Positions 10,003 to 20,422 are shown, counted from the stretch's first letter. The stretch is DNA of 64,000 nt from an uncultured Pseudomonadota bacterium (GCA_963773225.1 CAVZAO010000011.1:17416-81415); one strand, 5' to 3'. Numbers and translations are program-made. The notes: generated from the sequence alone by a model not told the origin.

Positions 10003-10881
10003 ATCGCAACTGTCATCGCCTCCGGCGCGCTCGATCCTATGGCCGTGAGCCGCGTGCGCGCCGCCTTGCCTGGTGCCGGCGCGCCGCTCCCGCTCGGACC
10101 GGACGCGACCGACATCCCCTTTAGCGCGGATAGCGCGGTCGACCAAAGGGCCCTGGCTGCGCGTCTGCGCGCGGCCGCAGCGGCCCCCGTGGACGTCGTG
10201 GTGCAGCCGACGGCGAACCGGCGCAAGAAGCTCTTCCTCGCCGACATGGATTCCACCATGATCGGCCAGGAATGCATCGACGAGCTCGCCGATTACGCCG
10301 GCCTCAAAGCCTACGTCGCGGCGATCACCGAGCGCGCCATGCGCGGCGAGATTGATTTCGAACCGGCGCTGCGCGAGCGCGTGGCGCTGCTCAAGGGCAT
10401 TCCACTGTCGGTGATCGACGAGGTGATCGAAAAGCGCATCACGCTCACGCCGGGCGCACGCACGCTGGTCGCCACGATGCGCGCCAATGGCGTCTTCACC
10501 TGTCTCGTCTCCGGCGGTTTCACGCTCTTCACCAACCGTGTCGCGGCCCTGATCGGCTTCGACGAGACCCGCGCCAACGTGCTCACGCTCGACGGCGAGA
10601 CACTCGCCGGGACCGTCGCCGAGCCGATCTTCGGCCGCCAGTCGAAGCTCGCAGCGCTGCACGAACTCGCCGCCGCCCGCGGCCTTGCGCCTGCGGCCAC
10701 GCTGGCCACCGGCGATGGCGCCAATGACCTCGCCATGATCGCGGCGGCCGGCCTCGGCGTCGCCTACCACGCCAAGCCGAAGGTCGCAGAAGCCGCGGCC
10801 GCGCGCATCGACCACGGCGACCTGACGGCGCTCCTCTACATTCAGGGTTACCGGCGCGACGCGTTCGTGAACGCCGATTGA
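9982..10881 (+). CDS. serB: Phosphoserine phosphatase (HAD family)
   Basis: Start at [18 protein letters not shown] motifs [16 protein letters not shown] and GDGANDLAM. Confidence 0.9.
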   Translation: MTTLPNHIATVIASGALDPMAVSRVRAALPGAGAPLPLGPDATDIPFSADSAVDQRALAARLRAAAAAPVDVVVQPTANRRKKLFLADMDSTMIGQECIDELADYAGLKAYVAAITERAMRGEIDFEPALRERVALLKGIPLSVIDEVIEKRITLTPGARTLVATMRANGVFTCLVSGGFTLFTNRVAALIGFDETRANVLTLDGETLAGTVAEPIFGRQSKLAALHELAAARGLAPAATLATGDGANDLAMIAAAGLGVAYHAKPKVAEAAAARIDHGDLTALLYIQGYRRDAFVNAD

Positions 10882-10953
10882 CGCGTGGTGCGGCAGAAAC
10901 GAAATGGCCGGGGCTAGCCCGGCCATCTCAATCATTCGCGTTGATGCAATACT

Positions 10954-12414
10954 TTATTGCAACTTCAGCGGCACGAAGGTCGTGCTGCCGTCGGGCGTGA
11001 CCACCAGCAGCAGGACGGTCTGCTTGCCGTCCTTGCGCAGCTTGGCGATGCGTTTTTCCAGATCGGCGGCGGTGTCGACCGGATCCTGCTGCACCTCCGA
11101 AATCACCATGCCCGGCACCAGATGCTGATCGGCGGCTTCCGAATCCGGCTTTACGCCGGTGATCAGCACGCCCTTCACACCGTCCTTCACGTGATGCTTC
11201 TTGCGCAGCGCCGCCGTCAGGTCGGCGAGATCGAGACCGAGCGCTTTCTTCACCGCCGGCTGTTCCTGCGGCGGGTTGTCCTTGTTAGGTGTGAGCGCGG
11301 CTTCCTTCTCTTCCTTCAAGCGCCCAAGCGTCACGCGCTTGGTGATTTCCTTGCCTTTACGGATCACCACGACGTCGACTTCCTTGCCGACCGGCGTATC
11401 CGCCACGATGCGCGGCAGATCGCGCATCTCTTTCACGTCCTGGCCGTCGAACTTAACGATCACGTCGCCAGTCTCGATGCCGGCGGGCTTCGCGGGCCCC
11501 TTGTCGTCCACGCCGGCGACCAGTGCGCCGCGCGGCGGCTTGATGTTGAGGCTGTCGGCGACCTCATCGGTCACGGCCTGAATCTTCACGCCGAGCCAGC
11601 CGCGTCGCACCTCGCCGTATTGGCGCAATTGCGCGATCACCGGCGCCACCGTGTTCGACGGCACCGCGAAGCCGATGCCGATCGAGCCGCCCGACGGCGA
11701 GATGATGGCGGTGTTGACGCCGATCACCTGTCCGTCGAGGTTGAACAGCGGGCCGCCGGAATTGCCGCGATTGATGGCGGCGTCGGTCTGGATGTAATTG
11801 TCGTAGGGGCCCGAGCGAATGTCGCGGTTGCGCGCCGAGACGATGCCGGCGGTCACGGTGCCGCCAAGGCCGAACGGGTTGCCGATCGCAATCACCCATT
11901 CACCCAGCCGCAGCTTGTCGGAATTACCGAACTTCACCGCCTTGAGCGGATGCGGCGGGTTGACCTTCAACAGCGCCAGGTCGACCTTGGTATCGCGGCC
12001 GATGATCTTCGCGCGCAGAGTGGTGCCGTCGTTAAAGATGACGTCGACCTCGTCCGAATCCGCGATGACATGGTTGTTGGTCACCACGTAGCCGGCCGGG
12101 TCGATGACGAAGCCGGAGCCGAGCGAGTTGACCCGTTGCTTGGGACCGCCTTTTTCGCCCTGGCGCTTCTTGAATTCCTTGAACAAGTCGCCGAGCGGGG
12201 AATTCGGCGGCAACTGCGGCAGGTCGCTCATGTCCACCGACTGCTTGGTGGAAATGTTGACGACCGCGTCGAAAACCTGCTGTGCGACGTCGGCGATCGC
12301 CTCGGGGCCACGCGCCTGAGCGGGTGCGGCCAAGGCCGGCCACAGCAGCATAGCTGCGGCAAGCAGGATCATACCCGCGCGGCCGGCACGCGTACGCTGA
12401 AGAAAAGCGCCCAT
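10954..12414 (-). CDS. degP: DegP/HtrA-family periplasmic serine endoprotease with two PDZ domains
   Basis: Start trimmed to MGAFLQRTRAGRAGMILLAAAMLLWPALAAPAQA (signal peptide). Catalytic context TNNHV, DLALLKV, GNSGGPLFN. Lies downstream of hflKC, as in many alphaproteobacteria. Confidence 0.92.
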   Translation of the reverse strand: MGAFLQRTRAGRAGMILLAAAMLLWPALAAPAQARGPEAIADVAQQVFDAVVNISTKQSVDMSDLPQLPPNSPLGDLFKEFKKRQGEKGGPKQRVNSLGSGFVIDPAGYVVTNNHVIADSDEVDVIFNDGTTLRAKIIGRDTKVDLALLKVNPPHPLKAVKFGNSDKLRLGEWVIAIGNPFGLGGTVTAGIVSARNRDIRSGPYDNYIQTDAAINRGNSGGPLFNLDGQVIGVNTAIISPSGGSIGIGFAVPSNTVAPVIAQLRQYGEVRRGWLGVKIQAVTDEVADSLNIKPPRGALVAGVDDKGPAKPAGIETGDVIVKFDGQDVKEMRDLPRIVADTPVGKEVDVVVIRKGKEITKRVTLGRLKEEKEAALTPNKDNPPQEQPAVKKALGLDLADLTAALRKKHHVKDGVKGVLITGVKPDSEAADQHLVPGMVISEVQQDPVDTAADLEKRIAKLRKDGKQTVLLLVVTPDGSTTFVPLKLQ

Positions 12415-12638
12415 GGGCGTCTTGGCTCCTGGAAGTGAGTTTGAATGAGAGTGCCCCTGACATAGAGGCAATTCAAGGGCAGCGCGGGACATATCGGGGG
12501 CGCGCGGAAGTTCCGCAAGCCCGGTTTTATGGGCAAAAACGCACCTGCGGTCGCGGGACGCAGCCACCTCGACGCTGCCGGTCGGCCGCCGGCTGAGGGG
12601 CGGCTGCCACGCGATTCGCGCCACCCCCAAAACTCGCG

Positions 12639-12836
12639 TCAGCCCAGGCCTGCGATCCGCACCAGCCAGACCAGGACCAGTCCGATAATCGCGGCCGCAA
12701 TGCCGAGCATGCGCAGGGAATGCTCCGGCGTTTCCAGCACGCTCAGCATCGCTTTCTTGGCGTGCCCGGGAAAGGCCGCGAAGATGAGGCCTTCGATGAC
12801 AAAGACCAGTCCGAGCGCGGCCAGGAAATCGTTCAT
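12639..12836 (-). CDS. DUF2065 (YjeT-like) small membrane protein
   Basis: 65 aa with two TM helices. Sits immediately after hflC, the same position as E. coli yjeT. Confidence 0.75.
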   Translation of the reverse strand: MNDFLAALGLVFVIEGLIFAAFPGHAKKAMLSVLETPEHSLRMLGIAAAIIGLVLVWLVRIAGLG

Positions 12837-12858
12837 GCCGGGCCGCGCTGCTTGGCGA

Positions 12859-13848
12859 TTACTGGACGTGCGCCGGCACGGCGGCGCGCGGCGCCATCGC
12901 TTCCGGCCGCATGGGCATCGACGGTGTATTCGCCTTTGACTGGGCGGCCGCCGGCGGCGACGCGGCCTCTACCGGCATCTTCCCCGAGGGGTCGTTGAAG
13001 AAGCGGAAGAAGCTCGAATCCGGTCCCAGCACATAACGGGTGTCGTTGTGCTTGAGACCGGTCCGGTAGGCCTGCATCGAGCGGTAGAAGTCGAAGAACT
13101 TCGGATCCTGGCTGTAGGCCTTCGCGTAGATTTCGTTACGCGTGGCGTCGCCCTCGCCGCGGATCTGCTCCGCCTTCGACTTCGCGTCGGCGATCAGCAC
13201 CGTCACCTGGCGGTCGGCCTGCGAGCGGATTTCTTGCGCCCGCTGCTGACCCTGCGCGCGATATTCGGCCGCTTCGCGCTGGCGCTCCGTCTGCATGCGG
13301 CGGTAGACCGCCTGGCTGTTCTGCTCGGGCAGGTCGGCGCGGCGGATGCGCACGTCGACCACCTGGATGCCGTAGCTCTGAGCCTCCTGGTCGAGCAGCT
13401 GCTGGATGCGGTCCATGAGGCTGGCGCGCTTGTCGCGCACCACGTCGATGAAGCTCGCCTCGCCCAGCACCCGGCGCAGCGCCGAATTGAGCAGGATTTC
13501 GAGCTGCGAGTCCGCCGCCTGCGTCGAGCCGAGCGACTGATAGAACCGCAACGGCTTCTGAATGCGGTAGCGCGCGAAGGCGTCGACCACCAGACGCTTC
13601 TGGTCGGAGGCGATGACTTCCTGCGCCGGCGCTTCCAGGTCGAGGATGCGTTTGTCGATAGAAATGATGCTGTCGACGAATGGCATCTTCACATGCAGGC
13701 CGGGCTGGTCGACCACCCGCACCACCTTGCCGAGACGCACAACGAGCGCCTGCTGGGTCTGGTAGACGGTGAACAGCGAGCCGTAGGCGACGATGAGGGC
13801 CGCGGCGATCAAAACGATGATGACGCCGCCGATGACGTTGATTCTCAT
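12859..13848 (-). CDS. hflC: Protease modulator HflC (SPFH/band-7)
   Basis: 329 aa. N-terminal TM then an SPFH domain. Start overlaps the hflK stop by 4 nt. Confidence 0.92.
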   Translation of the reverse strand: MRINVIGGVIIVLIAAALIVAYGSLFTVYQTQQALVVRLGKVVRVVDQPGLHVKMPFVDSIISIDKRILDLEAPAQEVIASDQKRLVVDAFARYRIQKPLRFYQSLGSTQAADSQLEILLNSALRRVLGEASFIDVVRDKRASLMDRIQQLLDQEAQSYGIQVVDVRIRRADLPEQNSQAVYRRMQTERQREAAEYRAQGQQRAQEIRSQADRQVTVLIADAKSKAEQIRGEGDATRNEIYAKAYSQDPKFFDFYRSMQAYRTGLKHNDTRYVLGPDSSFFRFFNDPSGKMPVEAASPPAAAQSKANTPSMPMRPEAMAPRAAVPAHVQ

Positions 13849-15020
13849 TGGCCGCCTCCCGACTGCGACTGCGATTGGGACGCGTTGGGAGCCGGCGTTT
13901 GCGCCGGCGGTGACGACGGCGCTTTCGGACCGGAAAGCTCCTTGAGCGGTAGATAGGGCACGACTCCGGCCCCTTTCTGACCGGTGTCCATGATCACCTT
14001 GTCGCTGCTGCCCAGAATGCTCTCCATGGTCTCCAGGTACATGCGCTGGCGGGTGACGTCGGGCGCCTTCTTGTACTGTTCGTAAATCTTGAGGAAGCGC
14101 GAGGTGTCACCGGTCGCTTCCGCCACCGTCTGCTGCTTGTAGGCTTCCGCCGCCTGGATGATCTGCGCGACCTTACCGCGTGCCTGCGGCACCACCCGGT
14201 TGGCATAGGTCTGCGCTTCGTTGACCGAGCGGTCGAGGTCGATGCGCGCGGCCTGCACGTCGCGGAAGGCGTCGATCACCTGCGTGGGCGGATCGACCTT
14301 CTGCAATTGCACCTGGGTGATGTCGATGCCGGCGCCGTAATGGTCGAGCGTCTTCTGCATCAGCTTCTGCACCGCGGTTTCCGTCACCTGGCGCGCGCCG
14401 GTCAGGAGCGGCCCGATATCGGAGCGCCCGACCACCTCGCGCATGGCGCTTTCCGCCACCGCCTTCACCGTTCCGGCCGGATGCTGGATGTTGAACAGGT
14501 AGTCGCCGACGCCGGTCGGCTTCACCTTCCAGAACACCGAGAAGTTGACGTCGACGATGTTCTCGTCGCCGGTCAGCATCAGGCTCTCACGCGGCACCTC
14601 GCGCGAGACGGGATTGCTGCCGCCAGTGTTGATCTGGCGCATGCCGATGTCGATCTTGTTGACGCGCAGCGCCTTGGGCGTGAGCGCGGTCTCGACGGGC
14701 CACGGCAGATGGTAATTCAGGCCCGGCTGCACCTCGCGCACGACCTTGCCGAAGCGCAGCACCACGCCGAGCTCGTCGGGATCGACGCGGAAAAAGCCCG
14801 AGGCGCCCCACAGCACGATGGCCGCGAGCACCAGCAACGCGATGCCTTTGCCGCCCATATTGCCGCCCGGCAGCATGCCGCGCAGGCGGTCCTGGCCGCG
14901 GCGCAACATCTCCTCAAGATCGGGGCTCGAAGGGCCCTGCTGCTGCTGTCCGGAGCCCCAGGGGCCCTTACCGCCGCCCGAGCCGCCCCAAGGGCCGCCG
15001 CCCTGATTGCTCCATGGCAT
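13845..15020 (-). CDS. hflK: Protease modulator HflK (SPFH/band-7)
   Basis: 391 aa. Gly-rich N-terminus MPWSNQGGGPWGGSGGGKGPWG, TM, SPFH domain. Confidence 0.92.
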   Translation of the reverse strand: MPWSNQGGGPWGGSGGGKGPWGSGQQQQGPSSPDLEEMLRRGQDRLRGMLPGGNMGGKGIALLVLAAIVLWGASGFFRVDPDELGVVLRFGKVVREVQPGLNYHLPWPVETALTPKALRVNKIDIGMRQINTGGSNPVSREVPRESLMLTGDENIVDVNFSVFWKVKPTGVGDYLFNIQHPAGTVKAVAESAMREVVGRSDIGPLLTGARQVTETAVQKLMQKTLDHYGAGIDITQVQLQKVDPPTQVIDAFRDVQAARIDLDRSVNEAQTYANRVVPQARGKVAQIIQAAEAYKQQTVAEATGDTSRFLKIYEQYKKAPDVTRQRMYLETMESILGSSDKVIMDTGQKGAGVVPYLPLKELSGPKAPSSPPAQTPAPNASQSQSQSGGGQ

Positions 15021-15135
15021 TATGCAAATCTCCTCGGCTGCAGCGTCGAAACCCGCCAGCCTGATTTTCGGGGAGGGTTATAGGGGAGCCGCGCCCCGGT
15101 CGCAACGCGCCCGGATGCCGCGTTTTCTTGGTTGT

Positions 15136-15639
15136 TCAGCGCCTTAAATAGGCCGTCACGCTGAAGTCGGCGCTGTCGTCCGGCCCGCCCGGCTGCCGCC
15201 GGCGCGAGACTTCGGTCCACACAGCCGGATCGATGGGCGGAAATCTGACGTCGCCGGCCGGCGCGGCGTGCACATGAGTGATTTCCAGCCGGTCGGCAAG
15301 CGGCATGGCGGCCAGGAAAATATCGCTGCCGCCGATCACCATGATCTCGTCGGTGCCGCGCGCCTCGGCATCCTTGCGGGCTGCATCGAGCGCGGCCTCG
15401 AAGCTCGGCACCACTATCGCGCCGTGCGCAGCGAAATGCGGATCGCGGGTGATGACGATGTTGGTCCGGTGCGGCAACGGTCGGCCGATGGACTGCCAGG
15501 TCTTGCGCCCCATCACCACAGGTTTGTTGATGGTGAGCGCGCGGAAGTGCGCGAGATCGGATTTCAGCCGCCACGGCATGCCACCGTCGGCGCCGATCAC
15601 GCCGTTCTCCGCCACCGCCGCGACCAGGACCACCTTCAT
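15136..15639 (-). CDS. folA: Dihydrofolate reductase
   Basis: 167 aa. MKVVLVAAVAENGVIGADGGMPWRLKSDLAHFRALTINKPVVMGRKTWQSIGRPLP. Confidence 0.95.
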   Translation of the reverse strand: MKVVLVAAVAENGVIGADGGMPWRLKSDLAHFRALTINKPVVMGRKTWQSIGRPLPHRTNIVITRDPHFAAHGAIVVPSFEAALDAARKDAEARGTDEIMVIGGSDIFLAAMPLADRLEITHVHAAPAGDVRFPPIDPAVWTEVSRRRQPGGPDDSADFSVTAYLRR

Positions 15640-16128
15640 TCATTTATTTCCCTGCCCGGCGAAGCGGCCGAGCGCATCGCCGCTTAGGCGGCAGATTTTC
15701 CATTCGTCCTTCACCTGCGCGCCGATCGATTTGTAGAACGCGATCGCCGGCGCGTTCCAGTCGAGCACCGCCCACTCGAAGCGGGCATAGCCCTCGTCGA
15801 CGCAGCGTTGCGCGAGCCGCTGCAAGAGCGCCTTGCCGATGCCGCGGCCGCGATGATCCGGCCGCACAAACAAGTCCTCGAGATAGATGCCGTGGCGGCC
15901 GCGGAACGTCGAAAAATTCAAGAACCAGACCGCAAAGCCGGCAGGCACGCCTTCCCACTCGGCGATATCGCAATAGAGCCGCGGCGCGCTGCCAAACAGC
16001 GCTGCCGCGATCATATCTTCGCTGGCGTCGATTTCGTGCGAGAGCTTCTCGTAGTCGGCCAACTCGCGCACCAGCGTAAAGATGAGCGCGCTGTCGTCCG
16101 GACGCGCCGCGCGGATCGACAGCCTCAC
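15640..16128 (-). CDS. GNAT-family N-acetyltransferase (diamine/SSAT-like)
   Basis: GTG start at 16128 overlaps the thyA stop (GTGA). Its own TGA abuts the folA ATG (TGAATG). Acetyl-CoA motif [15 protein letters not shown] and [23 protein letters not shown]. Confidence 0.85.
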   Translation of the reverse strand: MRLSIRAARPDDSALIFTLVRELADYEKLSHEIDASEDMIAAALFGSAPRLYCDIAEWEGVPAGFAVWFLNFSTFRGRHGIYLEDLFVRPDHRGRGIGKALLQRLAQRCVDEGYARFEWAVLDWNAPAIAFYKSIGAQVKDEWKICRLSGDALGRFAGQGNK

Positions 16129-16919
16129 ACCGCCACCTCGGCCTTGATGTGCGGATGCGGGTCGTAGTCCTTCAGCGTGAAGTCCTCGTAGCGGAACCCG
16201 AAGATATCCTTCACGTCCGGATTGAGCGTCATGGTCGGCAGCGCGCGCGGCAACCGCGTCAGTTGCAGCTTTGCCTGCTCCAGATGGTTCAGGTAGAGGT
16301 GCGCGTCGCCGAAAGTGTGCACGAAGTCGCCGGGCTCGTACCCGGTCACCTGCGCCACCATCATAGTGAGCAGCGCATAGGACGCGATGTTGAACGGCAC
16401 GCCGAGGAAGACGTCGGCCGAGCGCTGATAGAGTTGGCAGCTCAACTTGCCTTTCGCCACGTAGAACTGGAACAGGCAGTGGCAAGGCGGCAGCGCCATC
16501 TTGTCGACGTCGGCCGGATTCCATGCGGTGACGATGAGCCTCCGCGAATCCGGATTGCGCTCGATCATCGCGATGAGATGGCTGATTTGATCGATGGTCT
16601 GGCCATCTTTGGCCGGCCATGAGCGCCATTGGTGACCGTAGACGGGACCGAGATCGCCGCGTTCGTCGGCCCACTCATCCCAGATGCGCACGCCGTGCTC
16701 TTTGAGATATTTGATGTTGGTGTCGCCGGCCAGGAACCAGAGCAGTTCGTAGACGATCGATTTCAGGTGCAGCTTTTTGGTGGTGAGCAGCGGAAAGCCG
16801 TCGCTCAGCCGGAATCGCATCTGGTGACCGAAGACCGACAGCGTGCCGGTTCCGGTGCGGTCATGCTTCTCCACGCCGTCGGCGAGGATGCGTTCCATCA
16901 GGTCGAGGTATTGGCGCAT
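16125..16919 (-). CDS. thyA: Thymidylate synthase (ThyA type)
   Basis: Start trimmed to [36 protein letters not shown]. Active-site [11 protein letters not shown]. Confidence 0.96.
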   Translation of the reverse strand: MRQYLDLMERILADGVEKHDRTGTGTLSVFGHQMRFRLSDGFPLLTTKKLHLKSIVYELLWFLAGDTNIKYLKEHGVRIWDEWADERGDLGPVYGHQWRSWPAKDGQTIDQISHLIAMIERNPDSRRLIVTAWNPADVDKMALPPCHCLFQFYVAKGKLSCQLYQRSADVFLGVPFNIASYALLTMMVAQVTGYEPGDFVHTFGDAHLYLNHLEQAKLQLTRLPRALPTMTLNPDVKDIFGFRYEDFTLKDYDPHPHIKAEVAV

Positions 16920-17091
16920 GGATCGCGGGCCCTGTCTTCGAATCGGAACATGGGCAAGTTTGCCGGGAGGGGCAACCGCAGACACGGTCTTTCCCCGTCA
17001 TTCCGGTCGGTCGGAACGACGGAAAACCGGTTTCACCCAATGTGTACCGTCCTTCTTGCTTCGCCCGGGGCGCGGCTCGCCCGGTGCCGAA

Positions 17092-17619
17092 TCAGACCAG
17101 GCCGGCCGCCCCGGCAAGGCCCGCCACCGCGAACAGCCACAGCGGGTTGATGCGTGTCTTGTACGCCACCCCGGCAGTCGCCAGGGTCAGGACTACGGCG
17201 ACGGCGTTGTGGTCGGAGGCGCGCGCAATCACCAGCGCGCTCGCCGTGATCAACCCCAACGCCACCGGAACGAGGCCGGCTTCGGTCGCGATGCGCCAGC
17301 GCGCGTGCTTGAAGCGGGCCCAAAGCTGGGTCACCAGGTAGCTCAGCGTACACGTCGGGACGACCATCGCCGCCGTCGCCACCAACGCACCGGCCAAGCC
17401 GGCGACGTGGTAGCCGATTAGCGTCACGATGATGACGTTCGGCCCCGGCGCCACCCGCGAAATCGCGAACATGTCGGCGAACTCGCGGTCGTTCATCCAG
17501 TGCATCACGTCGACCGAAAAACGATGGAATTCCGGAATGAGCGTATTGGCGCCGCCGATGGCGAACAGCGACAACAGCGCGAAATAGCCGGCAAGCGCAC
17601 CGAGCGGGGACTGGTTCAT
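17092..17619 (-). CDS. chrA: Chromate transporter family protein (short CHR, second half of pair)
   Basis: 175 aa, hydrophobic. FAISRVAPGPNVIIVTLIGY motif typical of the CHR family. 13 nt after the partner gene. Confidence 0.85.
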   Translation of the reverse strand: MNQSPLGALAGYFALLSLFAIGGANTLIPEFHRFSVDVMHWMNDREFADMFAISRVAPGPNVIIVTLIGYHVAGLAGALVATAAMVVPTCTLSYLVTQLWARFKHARWRIATEAGLVPVALGLITASALVIARASDHNAVAVVLTLATAGVAYKTRINPLWLFAVAGLAGAAGLV

Positions 17620-17632
17620 GGCCGCGCTCCCC

Positions 17633-18208
17633 TCATCGCTTGAACCACGCGACCCCGACGCTGATCGGCGCCAGCACCACGAATACGATCGGCAGCGGCC
17701 ACTGCATGATGGCGACGCCGATAAAGCCGGCCAGCGCCACGCCCACCGTCCAGTCGCGCCGCTTCAGCAACGGCCCGACCATCTTGGCGACGAAGGCGAT
17801 GATCAGCCCGGCCGCAGCGGCCGACACGCCGGTAAGGATGCGGCTGAGCACGGCGATGTCGCCATAGCGGGTGTAGAGCGCGGCGAGCAGGATGACGATC
17901 ACCAGCGGCGGCGCCATCAGACCGCAGAATGCCACCAGTGAGCCGATCGGGCCGCGCACGCGTGCGCCGAACACCACGGCCAGGTTCAGGGCGTTCGGAC
18001 CGGGGATAAATTGCGCCAGCGAAAAGGCTTCGTTGAACTCCTGCTGCGTCATCCACCGGCGCTTCTCGACGACGGTGCGCCATACCCACGGCATGGCGCC
18101 GCCGAAGCCCGACAGAGAAGCACCGACGAAGGCGAGGAAGATCGCCGAAAGCGTCGGAGTGTCCGCCACTGCGGCCGGCGCCTCCGGATCGGGATTTGTG
18201 TCGGGCAT
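17633..18208 (-). CDS. chrA: Chromate transporter family protein (short CHR, first half of pair)
   Basis: 191 aa. GFGGAMPWVWRTVVEKRRWMTQQEFNEAFSLAQFIPGPNALNLAV. Confidence 0.85.
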   Translation of the reverse strand: MPDTNPDPEAPAAVADTPTLSAIFLAFVGASLSGFGGAMPWVWRTVVEKRRWMTQQEFNEAFSLAQFIPGPNALNLAVVFGARVRGPIGSLVAFCGLMAPPLVIVILLAALYTRYGDIAVLSRILTGVSAAAAGLIIAFVAKMVGPLLKRRDWTVGVALAGFIGVAIMQWPLPIVFVVLAPISVGVAWFKR

Positions 18209-18335
18209 GGCGGCGAGACTTATCCCGCCGCGGGCGCGCCCGCCAGCGGGCCAAGTGCCTGCCGCCGATGCAGTGGGGGAATGGCTATTGCCGATCCAAA
18301 CCTGCTCCCGAACGTCCGGGATCGGTAGAGGCCTG

Positions 18336-18545
18336 CTAATCGACCAAAGCTTGAGTGCGGCCCGTCAAGGCGACCGGTTGCCCGGCCTCGACGGTTTCCA
18401 CCGCACCGCAGTGCGCGCAGCGATAGGTCCGCAGTTCGGGGAACGACCCGACGCGCGGGAGGGTCCGCACAAGCGTCATCGCGCCGCTTCCGCAGCAGCA
18501 GATGAGAGGCGACGTGTCCGTGGCAAGCTGTGTATCGATCGTCAT
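18336..18545 (-). CDS. Small zinc-ribbon-like hypothetical protein
   Basis: 69 aa with CxC(G)...M.L and RTYRCAHCG pairs, as in small rhizobial zinc-ribbon proteins. No other support. Confidence 0.4.
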   Translation of the reverse strand: MTIDTQLATDTSPLICCCGSGAMTLVRTLPRVGSFPELRTYRCAHCGAVETVEAGQPVALTGRTQALVD

Positions 18546-18716
18546 GCCGCCTAAATCGGCGACCGGCCGGCGGTTACAATTCCGGTAAGCCCCTTAAGGG
18601 TGCGCACGGCGCCGAGCTCCCAGGGCGGCGTGGCCCGCCTCGTGCGGCCACATTTCGACCACCTTGCTCGGGCGCTTTAGAACCCCTTCCACCGTGTGCG
18701 CTTTCGAGGCTCGGCG

Positions 18717-19385
18717 ATGATCGGTCGGCTGCTCTCCGTCTCCCGAGTCTGCCTGGCCGTGCTGTTCATGGCCGCCGCGGCAAACCAGGCTAGCGCCCAT
18801 CCGCACGTCTTCGTGCAGGCCAAGGCGGAAGTGCTGTTCGACGCGCAGGGACGTATGACCTACGTGCGCCACGTCTGGCAGTTCGATCCCGCGTTTTCCG
18901 CATTCGCGACCCAGGGGCTCGATACCAACCACGACGGCAAGCTCGAGCAGAGCGAACTCAAGGGCCTCGCCCACACCAACGTCACCTCGCTCAAGTACTA
19001 TCGCTATTTCACGTGGCTCTCGGTTGGCGGCAAGCAAATCAAGCTGAAGGATCCGGACCAGTATTTCCTGCGCATGGCCGACGGCCTTCTGACGCTGTAT
19101 TACCAGTTGCCGCTCGCCACGCCGACGCGGGCCGGCCCCGACACCACGCTGGAAATCTATGACCCGGAATATTTCGTCGCCTTCACCTTCGACAAGAAGC
19201 AGCCGATCACGCTCTTCCACGCGCCGGCCGGCTGCACGGCCGTCTACCATCCGCCGAAACCGCTCAGCGCCGGCATCATGATGCGCCTGTCGGAAGTGCC
19301 GGCGAGCCAGCACGACCTGCCGCCGGCCTTGCGCGACGCGGCGGTCGGCCTCGCCAACGTCATCAAGATGGCGTGCCCGCGATGA
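18717..19385 (+). CDS. DUF1007-family periplasmic protein (partner of NicO-type metal transporter)
   Basis: Signal peptide MIGRLLSVSRVCLAVLFMAAAANQASA, then HPHVFVQAKAEVLFD. An alternative GTG start lies at 18696. The stop overlaps the next ATG (ATGA). Confidence 0.8.
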   Translation: MIGRLLSVSRVCLAVLFMAAAANQASAHPHVFVQAKAEVLFDAQGRMTYVRHVWQFDPAFSAFATQGLDTNHDGKLEQSELKGLAHTNVTSLKYYRYFTWLSVGGKQIKLKDPDQYFLRMADGLLTLYYQLPLATPTRAGPDTTLEIYDPEYFVAFTFDKKQPITLFHAPAGCTAVYHPPKPLSAGIMMRLSEVPASQHDLPPALRDAAVGLANVIKMACPR

Positions 19386-20422
19386 AGTGGATGATTGCCG
19401 CCCGGCGCAAATTGCGCGCGGCGCCCCCGGCCGTTGTGTTGTCGCTGCTCGCCGGCGTAAACGCGGCTTTCGCCGTGCAGACGCCATTCGGCATCGCCAC
19501 CCCCGACAGCACCGGCCCGGCATTTACGGGGCCCTTGGGCGGCGTGTTCGCCTGGGTGGCGTTGCGCCAGGCGGCGTTCTATCGCGTCCTCACCGACACG
19601 CTCGGCGACCTCAAACACAGCGGCCATGCCGCCCTGCTGCTCGCCGGCGTCAGCCTGCTGTACGGTGTCTTTCACGCGGTCGGGCCGGGCCACGGCAAGT
19701 CGGTGATCACGTCCTATCTGCTCGTCACGCGGCAGACGGCGCGGCGCGGCATCGTCATTTCGTTTGCCGCCGCGCTGATGCAGGGCCTGGTGGCAATCAC
19801 AGTGGTGCTCGTCGCTGCGGTCATCCTGCGCGCCACCGCGATCGGCATGACGCAGACCACCGACTGGTTCCTGATCTTCAGCTACGCGCTGGTTGCCGCC
19901 GTCGGCGCCTGGCTCTTATGGTCGAAGCTGACCGGGCGTGGCCATCACCATCATGAGCACGATCACCATGATCATCATGGCCACGAGCGTCATCACGCGC
20001 ACGGGCACGATCACGCGCACGACCATGAAGATCACGGCGAGGCCTGCGGCCATTCGCACGCGCCCGACCCATGGCTTTTATCGAAGCCGCTGACGCTCTC
20101 GCGGGCCTGGGCCGCGATCCTGGCGGTCGGCATCCGGCCCTGCTCGGGCGCTATCATCGTGCTGGTGTTCGCGCTGTCGCAGCAGTTGCTGCTCGCCGGC
20201 ATTGCGTCGGTGCTGGTGATGTCGCTCGGCACCGCCATCACGGTGTCGACGCTCGCCATCCTCGCGGTGTCAGCCAAGGACGTCGCACTGCGCATTGCGG
20301 GCGCAAGCTCGCCCACGACAGAGCGCGTGGTCCGGGTGCTGGAGATCGGCGCCGCCGCCTTCGTGATGCTGCTCGGCCTCACGCTGCTGGGCGGCGCACT
20401 CGCCGGCGGACTGCCGGGTTAG
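19382..20422 (+). CDS. NicO/RcnA-like nickel/cobalt-type metal transporter with His-rich loop
   Basis: Multi-TM protein with a GPGHGK motif and the loop GRGHHHHEHDHHDHHGHERHHAHGHDHAHDHEDHGEACGHSH. In-frame alternative start at 19373. Confidence 0.85.
   Translation: MKWMIAARRKLRAAPPAVVLSLLAGVNAAFAVQTPFGIATPDSTGPAFTGPLGGVFAWVALRQAAFYRVLTDTLGDLKHSGHAALLLAGVSLLYGVFHAVGPGHGKSVITSYLLVTRQTARRGIVISFAAALMQGLVAITVVLVAAVILRATAIGMTQTTDWFLIFSYALVAAVGAWLLWSKLTGRGHHHHEHDHHDHHGHERHHAHGHDHAHDHEDHGEACGHSHAPDPWLLSKPLTLSRAWAAILAVGIRPCSGAIIVLVFALSQQLLLAGIASVLVMSLGTAITVSTLAILAVSAKDVALRIAGASSPTTERVVRVLEIGAAAFVMLLGLTLLGGALAGGLPG

Noticed and set aside
18546-18716. Possible cobalamin riboswitch upstream of the DUF1007-NicO pair (GGTTACAATTCCGGTAAGCCCC vaguely resembles the GGTGAAAATCC...CCCC core).
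   Set aside because: There is no GGGAA element, no GCCACTG and no B12 box (AGYCMGGAGACCKGCC-like) in the right order. The resemblance is confined to about 20 nt. A covariance-model scan would settle it.
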